Assembly (NCBI GenBank): GCA_965603825.1
Contig: CBFDEM010000054.1
Span: forward strand, 496,001-560,000
Source of the DNA: Blepharisma stoltei ATCC 30299
Lineage: Eukaryota > Protista > Ciliophora
Reading direction: 5' to 3'
Length of the DNA: 64,000 nucleotides
Shown here: positions 12,615 to 24,200 of the stretch, piece after piece
How positions within the stretch are numbered: the first letter of the stretch is position 1
Layout of the letters: every line of letters begins with the position of its first letter
Position numbers and translations under genes: made by a program
Notes under the pieces: model-generated
The model's database searches: none
Seen by the model: only the letters and a program-made list of their open reading frames with translations
Told to the model about the DNA's origin: nothing

Positions 12615-12673
12615 CTTAATTTGTATGCACTAGTTAGGTCTTAAAAGATGAATTATTTGTATATATAAATATA

Positions 12674-14029
12674 TTAATAACGTTTAACAGCATTCCTTCG
12701 ACGATACCCTCGCTCAGCAGCCACTATATAAGGCGGCTGAGTCTTGTCGTCGGGATTTTCTTTCTTTTCTTCTGGATCAGTTTTTTCTTCAATTTTTACT
12801 TCTTTTATAGGATTTTCTTCTTGCTTATTTTCTCTTTCTTTTTGGGGTTCTTCTTTAGCAGGTTTGAACTCGACTGGGTCTTCTTCGAGTTCCTTTGGGG
12901 TTTCTTCATGGCTTTCTAGCTTTGAAAAATTTTCCCATTCCTTTCTAACAGCAGATCTGCTGCTTTTTAGCTTCTGTATGACATCATTTCTCCTTTGGTT
13001 CAGTACAGTTGTGTACCTTCTGGTGCTATGAAACTGTTCAATTTGCCAGCTTTCAACATCTTCTGCCACTTTCTCTAATAAAGCATTCAGATGGCTTTTT
13101 ACCTCATTTTTTACATAAACTTCATAGTTCTCGACTGTTTTTTCAACAATTTCTTTAACCCTCGTTCTTACTATATTAAACAGTCATTTTCTAAATGTTC
13201 TTTGAATTTTTTTTGCTGCTTGATTTCTTTTGAAGCTCTTTTGAAGCAGCTGAACGCTTAGTTGTCTTACACACATATGAGCTATCTCAAACTGCTTATA
13301 TTCAAATGAATCTTCTTCTAGAAAGTTGATGTCACTGTTGCTATCGTCATCAATTTTAAAAGAGTCTTCTTGGTTATTTTCTATTCCGCTCAAGTTTATT
13401 GAGTTGCTCTCATTACGTGAAATCGATTTCAAATGATTCTCATTGATGGACTTTGTGTGCTTTTCACTACGAGATACTGATTTCAAGTGGCTTTCAGTTT
13501 CTGATATCGACTTCAGCTGGTTTTCTGAGTTCTTGATAGATGGGCTTAGTAAGTTTAATAAGTAGTCGTAAAAATCATTAACCGAATGCAGCAGCCTAAT
13601 AGCAAGCCTAAGCTCGCCACACCCAATATCATATCATCCATCATGCCTTTTTTGGTCCATAAACCCTGACAGCTTTAGCATCATCCCTCCAAGCACCTTA
13701 TCAGGTGTCCCCATTTGAAAAAGCAACACTTTTACAGTTCCTTGCAGATCAGTAACAGGCAGCAAGCAAGATTCATTTCACTTAGCTGTATGGTCACATC
13801 CTTCCGAAATACATGGCTTTGTGTTGATAGTTTTCCCTCCTATGGAAATTTGAACAGCTCTTGATACTTTTGAAGTCAGCTGCACCGGCAAGTTTCTTGC
13901 TGCCAATATATGTATAGATACCTGCTTTTCTATTTCCCTTGGGATTTCTCTTAATTGTTCAATTTCTGCTTGCAGGATTTGTTTATTTAATAGATTGTGC
14001 TCAAGTTTATGTTTCACTGTTTTATTCAT
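12674..14029 (-). CDS. C2-domain protein with IQ-like motif and charged C-terminus
   Basis: SIHILAARNLP...AK(W)NE...DKVLG...DG(W)YDI; AAKKIQRTFRK(W); three track ORFs in one frame joined by TGA. Confidence 0.75.
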
Positions 14030-14043
14030 TAACTGAATTATTA

Positions 14044-14991
14044 TTAGTTATATAAGTAGCTAACTTTAAGTGCGCTTTGAGCATCTTGAGTACCCAAAGT
14101 AATCATAGATTGAAGCTCTGAAGGAGTGAAATCATAAGGAACATCGCTTTCTGGGATTGCTTGGGATGGGTAAGTTACAGTTCTTACGGTGATATCTGGG
14201 TAGTCAAGTGGAGAATTAACGACAATTTTCATGGTATCGAGGTAATCTTGAACCTCGTAAGTCCTTTTGAGAACTTTTATGGTTGTATATTTCGAAGCAT
14301 TGATGGTAGCAAGCTTTTTGCCTGAACAGAGAATAACATCTACGATCATGTTTTGCTGGCCGTATCCAAGCTCTTCACATGCGTTAATGCCTGATAAAAT
14401 GTCGACTGAGAATTTGACACTGCCTGTTATGAGCTCGAGGTTGTTGAATTCAATGTAGGGGAATGTTCCTTGCTGTGCCATGCTGGCTCTTACTCCTAAG
14501 TTCATGGTTTCCAGGCTAAGTTTGGAGCTGTTGAAAAATACATAGTTTCCTGATAGCAAGTCAGTGGCTCCTACACCAGTCCAGCGCTTATAACTCCCAT
14601 TTGAATAATACTTAATTGACTGTTCTAATGGGCGAGCATCATATAGTCCGTGCTCCAACAAGATTCCTTGAGCTTCTCCACCTGCCCATTCTTTATAGAA
14701 TTTTGTCTTATTGAAATTTAGCCAAAACTGGTTTATTGCAGCCCCAGCTTGAGCTTCATTGCCAACAGCCCATTGAGCAAGTAAAAATGCATTCCATGCG
14801 CCTACTCCGTTTCCTGTCACAACGTCATATGAAAATTCCCCTGCTGGGAGGTTCGAGAAAAGACCATTAATTGCTCCAGCTTCATATGCCCCTTTATCTG
14901 AATTTCCTCCAAGTGCCAAAATCCTGCACTTCCCGTTGATCCCCAACACTTGTGAGGTTAAAATAAAGTTCACCAAAACAAGCAGCCACAT
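14044..14991 (-). CDS. Secreted patatin-like phospholipase homolog (catalytic motifs altered)
   Basis: Signal peptide; ILALGGNSDKGAYEAG; YDVVTGNGVGAWN at the GxSxG position; VGATDLLSG. Confidence 0.8.
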   Translation of the reverse strand: MWLLVLVNFILTSQVLGINGKCRILALGGNSDKGAYEAGAINGLFSNLPAGEFSYDVVTGNGVGAWNAFLLAQWAVGNEAQAGAAINQFWLNFNKTKFYKEWAGGEAQGILLEHGLYDARPLEQSIKYYSNGSYKRWTGVGATDLLSGNYVFFNSSKLSLETMNLGVRASMAQQGTFPYIEFNNLELITGSVKFSVDILSGINACEELGYGQQNMIVDVILCSGKKLATINASKYTTIKVLKRTYEVQDYLDTMKIVVNSPLDYPDITVRTVTYPSQAIPESDVPYDFTPSELQSMITLGTQDAQSALKVSYLYN

Positions 14992-15151
14992 TTTTAGCGA
15001 TTAATTAGTTTTCAAGGCTAAAATCTTAAATTTTTAGCATTAGTTCGCAAGTTTTATTGGCTAGAAATATAAGTATAAAGGATAAGAGTTTTTTGATATA
15101 TTTTTCTTTACCTTAAATTCCAATAATTATGATTTTTAATAGATTAAAACG

Positions 15152-17437
15152 CTAAGTGTCTGGTGCTGCACTTGAAAACTGCTCTTCTGTGAACAAATCT
15201 AAGCTCATCTTATTGTCTATGGCTTCTTTAATTTTTGGATCACTGATTATTAGGGAAGCTCTGAATTTGCCTTTTTCTTCCCAATATTTTAGATTTTTTT
15301 TCACTTGGTTTACAAGTGTTGTTTTCAGGTCTTCAGACTTCAGAAACGCACACCAAATTTTATAAGTGGGCAAGCAAACCACTTTTAAAAATACTCCATG
15401 GAATCTCGGAATGTCAGATTTTTTTCTATCGCAGAAAATTGTAATTGGCAAACCTTTCTCATTTTCTAAATCTCCTTGCCGATAAAATTCTTCCATAGCT
15501 AAGGATCCCCACCTTTCATTGAGCTCAGTTGATTTTGCGGATCATCCTAAGTCAGCACTTTTTAGTGCCATCGATAAAATGCTGAGTTTGTCTTCTGAGT
15601 TATCAAAAGATAAGTCCCCTAAGTTTTCTACTCTTGCTTTGAATCTTCCTAAGAGTTCAAAGTGTCTAGCAATATCTGTTTCAAGTATCATTTCAATGAT
15701 TAGCTTCCTTGACTTCATCCAATCGTCAGAACTTAAATTTTGAAGGATGTTTTTCTCATTTTCATTTAAAATATCGTAGATCTTGGATATGTGCATATTT
15801 TGAAGTACACTGCTATCGTTATATGTCAAAGCTATCTTATCTTTAGATGAAACTAAAAATGAGTTTGTTAATCCAGGGTTAGCAATATCGTGGCCAAATG
15901 CAGCTATAATTGAAGATAAGGCATCCAAAGTACTTAAAGATTTAAGAATATCCCCAAAGTTAAAGAAATATAGCATTGAGTGCAATGTATCTGAAGCATG
16001 GCATGCATTGTGGAAAGGATTGGAATTTATATAGGCCTATATAGTCATTACGTTTTCTACAGCTTCAAAAAAGACTCTTATTGTATCATCTTTTATTTGG
16101 AAAATCTTGTTGAAAGTCCATTTTTGGAATAAATATGGGCCAAGAATAGAAATGCTTCTTCCTGTTGCTTGATAAAGATACCATATATCAAAATTCCAAT
16201 TTTTTCCAACACTAGTTATTATAGTTTCCAACTCCTTCAATCCTGATTCATTGAATGGGATAGAGCTCGATTTTTCATTTGTATTGATTTCGTTCATTGT
16301 AACTTTGCGAACAGATGCTCGAGCTTCATGAGCAGCTGCACTGTTCATATAATGCTGCCTAATAAATTCTTTGTCAATCTCATCCATATCTTCTCCAAAG
16401 TCGACTTTTCATTTTTCTCTTATATAATTGTGGGCAACAGTTCTTTTAATTTTTTCTAGTTCATTCTGAGCAGCTTTCAGCTTCAGTTTCACATCTTTGA
16501 ACATGATGGCTGAAGATGCTGTTTTTATGTACTGTTTGATTTTGTCACAAGCTTGGACTAAGGCTTCAATTTCTGTATTCAAAGGAGGCAAATTGTTATC
16601 TTTTTTGACTTCATCTTCTTCTAATGATCCTTTGCTTGGATTTAGAGCTTCTTCTTCTTTTGTTTTTCTCCAAAAGAGTTGCTTAATTCTGTATTCAGAT
16701 TGGTAGGTTTCTGCAATTTGAAGAACTAAGAATACGAGTAGTATGAAGAAATCTGATAAGGTCGCATAGACTGATAAAGGAGAAAGAGCCAAAAATAAAA
16801 TCAAAAGCAGTATCAAAGTAATAAAAGAAAGAATGGCTAGAATCAGAAATTTTTCATAAGTTACAAGCCTTATTAGGATAAAGAAGCAAGCGATTGCTAA
16901 GACATGAGACTGGTTGCTTCTATTGTAGTCTTCATCGGTAATTCCACTCAGGACCCTTTCATCACAGATCACTAAATAAAGTAAAATTAATAGCCCAATA
17001 AATAGAAATATATATTCTGCATGAATTGATGCTTTTGGATCCTTCCAAATCTTATATAATAGAAAATAAGATATAATAAGGATAATTCCTAATCACACAA
17101 GTCTAATAATCAAATGAGTCTCATTTGAATAGCCTTGATTATATAAAAGGACCCAAGTAGCAAAAGAAATAATCAGGTAGGAACTTAAAAATATATAAAA
17201 TACCATCAAGTTATTCTTGAATTCTTTGGAGATAGAAATATGATTTTTATCAAAATATAAGAACTGGCGTAGCTTAATATTAAGGCCTTTTTCTGTGTAC
17301 TGAAGAGAATTCGGGTTAATAGGCAAATTCGGGTTTTGATGTTCTTCGTATTCTAAAATGCTATATATAGAATGAGATGCTTGCTTGGATAAAGGAGGGT
17401 CTGTAGAATTCTTATCAAATCTCGTTGAGCTTTTCAT
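15152..17437 (-). CDS. Membrane-anchored class I cyclic nucleotide phosphodiesterase-like protein
   Basis: Multiple N-terminal TM helices; intron 16037-16051; NPFHNACHASD, GHDIANPG, ILETD, KSADLG, EEFYRQGDLE. Confidence 0.88.
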
Positions 17438-17874
17438 TTCTAATTTTTGAATATATTTATTAAAGATTAAATAACTTATTTTTTTGGGACAGAAGAAATA
17501 AAATGAGTGATTTTTTGTAAATTTTATGATCTTAAATTTAAATCAATTTCATTTAATTAATGGAGAAATCATTATTTAAATTCCATTACTGCAAATATTA
17601 TCTCAAAAGCCTTAGCATTTTTTTATATGCATAATCAATTATTTAAAATTTTATTAGTATGAAAAAGCTATTTTTTAAATTACTTACTTGTTTAGCCTTA
17701 ATTAAGATATTTTAAAATATCATCAATCCGTCATAAATATAGGCTAAGCTATTTTTATATTGCCACTTTCTAGCATTTTAACATCTAAAATAAAATTAAA
17801 AAGCCTTCTTAATAATTCAGCTTGTTAGCAAATTTTAATAGAGCCGAAATTTTGCAATTCTTGATTAATTTATA

Positions 17875-18834
17875 ATGGAAGGTGACCAACTTGAACATAT
17901 TTTCTTAGTCACATGCATGCCGGGATTTTTCAAAAAAGAACTATATAATATTCTTTCAGCCCAAAACTCTGAAAATTCTACTGAAACTTTTCGTAAACTT
18001 ATAAATGTGTTAGACACAATAATCTCAATTCTGAAAATTCATAGCATTGATCTTTATTCAGTTCTCCCAGAAATATTTAAAGATTTCCTCTTAGATAATA
18101 TTATTCACACTACTACTGTAATTGCTATTCAGTTTCAGCTAAAGGTTCAGCTTATGCTCAATTGTGAGCTACTAAGGGCATCTGAGTTTAATCAAGATCC
18201 AAAATTCTGACTAAAAATTGGTGAGTTAGTGAGGACTTTGTGTATAAAGCTTGCTATTGAAGAAGACTCAACAGCCTTTTATAAATATTATGTTACAGAG
18301 TTTTTACCTAGATATGCAACTCAGTTGGATTCTGGAGTGTTGCTGAAATTTTCTGAGCTGATCGAGCTTCAAAATGAAACTGAGACTTATTTAAACAAAA
18401 TTATTATAGTCCAGTCTTCACCTAAGAAAAATCAAGCCCCAAAAATGATTACTAAAAAAATTCCTACATCCCCAGTCAGAAAAAGTGAAAGAATCCGTAA
18501 TATAGTTATCAAAAACGAAAAGAAAAAGCTTCAGGTAGACCGAAATTTAAATAATGCTCACACAATAAAAAAGCAAGTCTTCATGAAATCCAAAAAATCT
18601 AAAGCGCCTCACACCCCTGACAAAGAAATGACTGAAATTTCAAATTGTGCAAAAAAATTAAAAGAAATCAACCAAAATTATTTTTATGAAAAGAAAAACC
18701 TTGATGACAAAGAAGAAATAGAAAGAGAAGATAGCAGAATTCTTGCCATCGACACCCCTATAAAAGAAAATAAGCTTATTAATTATGAGATCAGTCATTT
18801 TAAAAACTTATTTGCAATGGCAGGAACTTCGTAA
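17875..18834 (+). CDS. Unknown protein, candidate Treslin/Sld3-like
   Basis: Two track ORFs joined by TGA 18208-18210; QLKVQLMLNCELL...LVRTLCI...FYKYYVTEFLPRY, then basic tail with SP/TP sites. Family call is tentative. Confidence 0.55.
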
Positions 18835-18843
18835 CTTAAATTT

Positions 18844-19623
18844 CTAATTAAAGGCCAATTGTTTGAATTTTGCAATATCTTGTGGTAAAGTATATAAAAT
18901 ATCTTCAACATAATTAACTGCTCTAATAATAACTGTTGGGAAATTCATAACATTAACTTTGCGTGTCTTTTTCAATTCCTGCCATTCTGCATGCATTTTA
19001 AAAACTGCTGCTACAAAGATTTCATTTATGGCATCACTATCTAGCAAGTTTAGCCCACAAAATACTTTCATAGGCTTTAGTGCAGCTCTTCTTAGTCCTG
19101 GAATTCCTACAGCCCTATTCTCTAGAAGTTGAAAATAATACATATAGAAATGCTAAGTAGAACATACTGTGACATTTAAGGCAGAAATGCAAAAAGAGTA
19201 GTCTGTGGCTGATTCAATAAATTGCTTGTACTCTTGTGGGTAGTGGGTTGCTAAATATAAAATTTGCTGCAGCCCAAAAATTCCAGCACCTCTAAAATCA
19301 GTTCCAGGGTCAGTACCTTGAAATCCAATTTCTTTTCATTTTACTGAAATACAGTCCTCAGGAGGCTCCAGCTCGGGAAAAGTGACTCTTCATAGCTGTT
19401 TTAGCATTTCGGTATGAGCAGCGTTATCTTTATTATAAAGGATTTTGCATCGAGATCGCAATTGGTTTAGCGCTTCGATTTCATCATATGTAAGTTTGTA
19501 ACGACCACATCTACAGCATTTATCAGAGCAGCTTTCATAGTAGTCTACCTTCATAAGTCTTACCACTCCTTGTGTCTTTGCAAGTTTTCTCTCTTCATCA
19601 GCCATTCTATAATAAGTAGACAT
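18844..19623 (-). CDS. ELMO/CED-12 domain protein (ELMOD-like Arf/Arl GAP)
   Basis: LKQL(W)RVTFP, K(W)KEIGFQGTDPGTDFRGAG, YSFCISALNVT, VMNFP; intron 19153-19167. Confidence 0.9.
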
Positions 19624-19757
19624 TTTGTTACAAATTTTAGGCTTAGTTCAATTAATAATCAATAATTTTTGCAAGTTTTCTCTCTTCATCAGCCATTCTA
19701 TGATAAACAGACATTTTGTTACAGATTTTAGGCTTAATTCAATTAATAATCAATAAT
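19577..19757. repeat. Direct tandem duplication, 91-bp period, covering the ELMOD start and 5' region
   Basis: 19577-19666 is repeated at 19668-19757 with a few substitutions. Confidence 0.9.
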
Positions 19758-19830
19758 GTTTTTCTCAATCTGATAGAAATGTTTGAAAATCAATACAAAT
19801 AATCTCAATAAAAATTTAAAAGCGCAAACC

Positions 19831-20982
19831 ATGGAAGCGAACGTCAACATTTACAACGACACCCAAGATTTATTAGCCCCTCAGAGCATTGATGAGGGTA
19901 TTGCATTAATCCAAAATCCATCATCTCTAAGGGGCCTAATTGAACTCGAAAAAATATTCGGAAATCTCTTTACAAGGCAAGAAATAAAAGAAGCTTGGAA
20001 ACTGAATTGCTATGATATAGAAAAGTCAGCGCTCTATCTTCAAGATTTGGCGCCTGAGAATATGCCTGAAATTCATCAGACGACGTCAGAAATCAAAGAA
20101 AAAATTTCTCGAGAAATTGAACTTAATGACATTGTGGAGCCAAATAACGATACACTTATAGAAAATGTGGTAGAAGGTCCGACACGCGGGAAAATTGCGC
20201 TTGAATTTAGCTTGAGTCCTCAATATATCAATACCACTGTTGTGATTTTTTACATTTCTGATGAAATTCTCAAAGAAATTTTTAGCTTCTTAAGCCCTTG
20301 CGATAGGGGTAAATGTGCAACTGTTTGTAGGACATGGAAGCACATTGATCTCTCTACGAATTATTTATATAAAATAGATTGTCAAAGAGTATGGAATAAA
20401 GAGCAGTCAAGGCCTGATGAAAATGTGTTTCCGCAACCCTTTAATCAAACCTCAGTGCTCTGGGGGGCTAATTTCCCTGAAGAATATAAAGAACCTGAAG
20501 AATATTTAAAATCATTTAAAAACTGGAGGAATATGTGGATCAAACGCCCAAGAATAAAGTTCAACGGTGTTTATGCTTCAAAGACTATTTATTACAAGCA
20601 AGGAGAAGCCAATATCATGAATATTCCAACATATCAAAAAGTAGTGTTCTATCGCTATTTTAGATTTTACGACGATTTCTCAATTTGCTGCCTTACCACA
20701 GCGAAAAAGCCAAGGGATATCGCGCATAATGTATCGAAGATTTATGAAGGGGTAAGAGTTGGAGAATGGGCTAAGAAGAAAAGCCAAATTGTCATGCATC
20801 TTTTAGCTAAGCATGAAGTTTATACCTACAACTTCAAAATCTGCTCAACTTTTTCAGGAGCCCACGATACTTTGAGATTAGAAGCTATTTCCTCAAGAGC
20901 GCCCAATGATCTCTCTTTCTCCATCATGAACCTCAGCAGCGACGCCTGGCCGAAATACTTCGTATTTTATCCATTTAAATAA
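19831..20982 (+). CDS. F-box protein, FBXO9/Hrt3 family, with CUE/UBA-like N-terminus
   Basis: F-box ISDEILKEIFSFLSP...CATVCRTW; RPRIKFNGVYASKTIYYKQGE and VVFYRYFRFY. Confidence 0.85.
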   Translation: MEANVNIYNDTQDLLAPQSIDEGIALIQNPSSLRGLIELEKIFGNLFTRQEIKEAWKLNCYDIEKSALYLQDLAPENMPEIHQTTSEIKEKISREIELNDIVEPNNDTLIENVVEGPTRGKIALEFSLSPQYINTTVVIFYISDEILKEIFSFLSPCDRGKCATVCRTWKHIDLSTNYLYKIDCQRVWNKEQSRPDENVFPQPFNQTSVLWGANFPEEYKEPEEYLKSFKNWRNMWIKRPRIKFNGVYASKTIYYKQGEANIMNIPTYQKVVFYRYFRFYDDFSICCLTTAKKPRDIAHNVSKIYEGVRVGEWAKKKSQIVMHLLAKHEVYTYNFKICSTFSGAHDTLRLEAISSRAPNDLSFSIMNLSSDAWPKYFVFYPFK

Positions 20983-21211
20983 CCATATTTAAGGTTAAAT
21001 AATTATCACATTTCCCAAATCGCCTCGCCAGAAATCCTTCCCAGTCCATACTTTCCTTTCAAAATCTTCAAAATTTTCCATCAAAAATTCCCCACCCCTG
21101 GTATCTCCTGCTTCCTATCCAAAAATTTTGGCTCGTTTGGCTGATGACCCTTAATAAAAATGCCTTAAAATATACATTTAAGCTTGATTTTAGGGGGATA
21201 TAATAATTTTA

Positions 21212-24200
21212 ATGTCAAGATCGGGTTCTTCAATTACCCTGTCTACCGCTGAAACTCACAAGGTGACAGGGATTACAATGAGCATCTTAAGACCAGACGA
21301 AATTGAAGCTATGTCATGTGCCCAGATCACCCACACTGACATCTACGACGAAGAAGGCCGACCCCGCGATGGAGGTATCAACGATCTTCATATGGGAACT
21401 AACGACAATCTCCTACTCTGCAAGACCTGCAACGGCAAGAAAAACGACTGTCCAGGGCACTTTGGGCATATAAAACTAGCCAGGCCAGTCTACCACATTG
21501 GCTTCCTCAATGAGCTTCGGCGCACTCTGCGTTCAGTCTGCTTCAAGTGTTCAAGGCTACTAGCTGACCAAAACGATCCTAAGTTCAAAGAAGCTGTGTC
21601 CATAAAATCGCCTAAAGCGAGAGGCAAAAAGCTTTACAAGATCTGCGAAGGGATCAAAAGATGCACAGCTGGAGCTCCAGTAAAAGGCGACGACGAAATC
21701 GAAGGCTCAGAGTTCGGCCCTTGTGGCTGTGTCCAGCCAAAAATCGTCAAGGATGGCATCGGGCTTACTGTGGAATTCGCTGAAGCAGTTGACAACTGTC
21801 CAGACCGCAAAAGGAAATTGAGCGCAGAAGAAGCTTTGGGAATCCTCAAAAAAATTTCTGACGTGGAATGTGAAGCCTTAGGATTTGACCCTGCAAGATC
21901 AAGGCCTGATTGGATGATTATTCAAGTACTTCCAGTGGCTCCACCTGTGTGCAGACCTTATGTCGCGTTGGATTCTTCATTGAGATCAGAAGATGACTTA
22001 ACTCACCAGTACACTCAGATCATCAAAACAAATATAAAGCTTCAAAATGAAATCCAGAACGGCGCAGCCCAGCATCTAATCAACCAAGACACCATGGTCC
22101 TTCAGTTCCATATAGCCACACTTTTCAATAATGAATTACCTGGGCAACCTCAATCAAAGCACAGATCTGGAAAACCGATAAAAAGTATAAGTCAACGACT
22201 TAAAGGAAAAGAAGGCAGAATTAGAGGAAATTTAATGGGGAAAAGAGTCGATTTTTCAGCAAGAACAGTCATTACTCCTGACCCAAATTTGTCATTAGAC
22301 CAGCTTGGAGTACCAAGAACTATTGCGCTTAACTTGACAATCCCTGAGACTGTGACTCATTTCAACATGGAAAAAATGAGACAACTTGTAGAAAATGGCC
22401 CAGGGCAGCATCCAGGCGCGAAATATATCATAAGAACAGATGGGTCAACTATTGATTTACGATATGTCAGAAGAAATACAGAAATGCATTTGGAGTATGG
22501 CTATAAAGTAGAGCGGCATATAAATAACGATGACTATGTGATATTTAACAGACAACCATCACTACATAAAATGTCTATGATGGCACATAGGATTAAAGTG
22601 CTGCCATATTCTACTTTTAGGCTTAACCTGTCAGTCACCACGCCTTATAATGCTGATTTTGATGGTGATGAAATGAATATGCATGTCCCTCAAAGCTTGG
22701 AGACTAAAGCAGAATTACGAGAAATCATGCATGTGCCTAGACAAATTGTGTCACCACAAGGAAATAGGCCTGTTATGGGTGTTGTCCAAGATTCACTTTT
22801 GGGGTGCTCACTATTTACAAGGAGAGACACGTTTCTTGAGCTTCATGAAGTCATGAATTTGCTGATGTGGGTTGAAGCTTTTAACGGAAAACTCCCGAAT
22901 CCTGCAATTCTTAAGCCTCGGCCATTGTGGACTGGCAAGCAAGTGTTTTCCCTTATCATCCCTGAAGTAAACATTTTGAGGTATTCAAGCACCCATGACC
23001 CTGAAAAAGACGCATCAGTCAGAGATACAGAAGTTTTAATAGAAAGAGGAGAATTACTAACTGGAATTGTAGACAAGAGAACTGTCGGAGCTTCATCAGG
23101 GTCACTTATTCACGTAATTTGGATGGAGCATGGGCCACAAGCTACCTCTGATTTCTTATCACAATGCCAAAAAGTCATAAACAACTGGCTGCTTATCCAT
23201 GGTTTTTCTGTAGGAATTGCTGATGCTTTAGCAGATCCTCTAAGCTTAAACGAAATCAAGAAAACACTGCTAACTGCGAAACAAAAAATTAACAAATTAA
23301 TTCAACGTGCGAGAGAAGGTAAAATTCCTTGCCAGCCTGGCAAAAATATGATGGAGAGTTTCGAATTTAAAGTGAATACCAAGCTAAACGCTGCTCGTGA
23401 TAAAGCAGGAGAACTAGCAGCTAAGTCTTTAAGTGTGAGAAATAACGTCAGAGCTATGGTCAATGCAGGAAGCAAAGGTTCAGAAATTAACATCTGTCAG
23501 ATCATGTCTTGTGTCGGCCAACAAAATGTAGAAGGCAAGCGTATTCCTTTTAACTTCACCAAGCGAGCCATCCCTCACTTCTGTAAAGATGATTATGGTG
23601 CTGAATCTAAAGGCTTCGTTGAAAATTCTTACATTTCTGGGCTAACACCTCAAGAGTTTTTCTTCCATGCTATGGGTGGCAGAGAAGGACTAAGTGATAC
23701 TGCAGTTAAAACTAGTGAAACTGGCTACATTCAGCGTAGGCTTATGAAAGCTTTAGAAGATGTCATGGTCAAATACGATGGCACAGTCAGAAACTCGACT
23801 GGTATGATTTTACAGTTCTTATATGGAGAAGACGGAATGGCTGGAGAATATATAGAAGATCAAGCTATGGAAAGCTTGAAGATGGACTTAGAAGTGCTTA
23901 AGAAAAACTTTGAATTCCTTGACCCTAGTAAAGAAGAGCCTGATGTAACTATGGAAAAATATAGAAATGCGATAGACACTGAAATCATCAATGATATTTT
24001 ACGCCATCCAGATCATCAAAAAAGAATGGTTGACGAGTTTGAACAGATTAAGCAAGACCAAAGAGACCTCAGAGTCATTTTTGCGAATCTTGATGATAAG
24101 CAGCATTTCCCTGTAAACATAAAGAGGCTTATATGGAACGCCAAGAAGAAATTCAATATTACAGGTCTAAATAAAAGCGATTTACACCCTGTTCGGGCGA

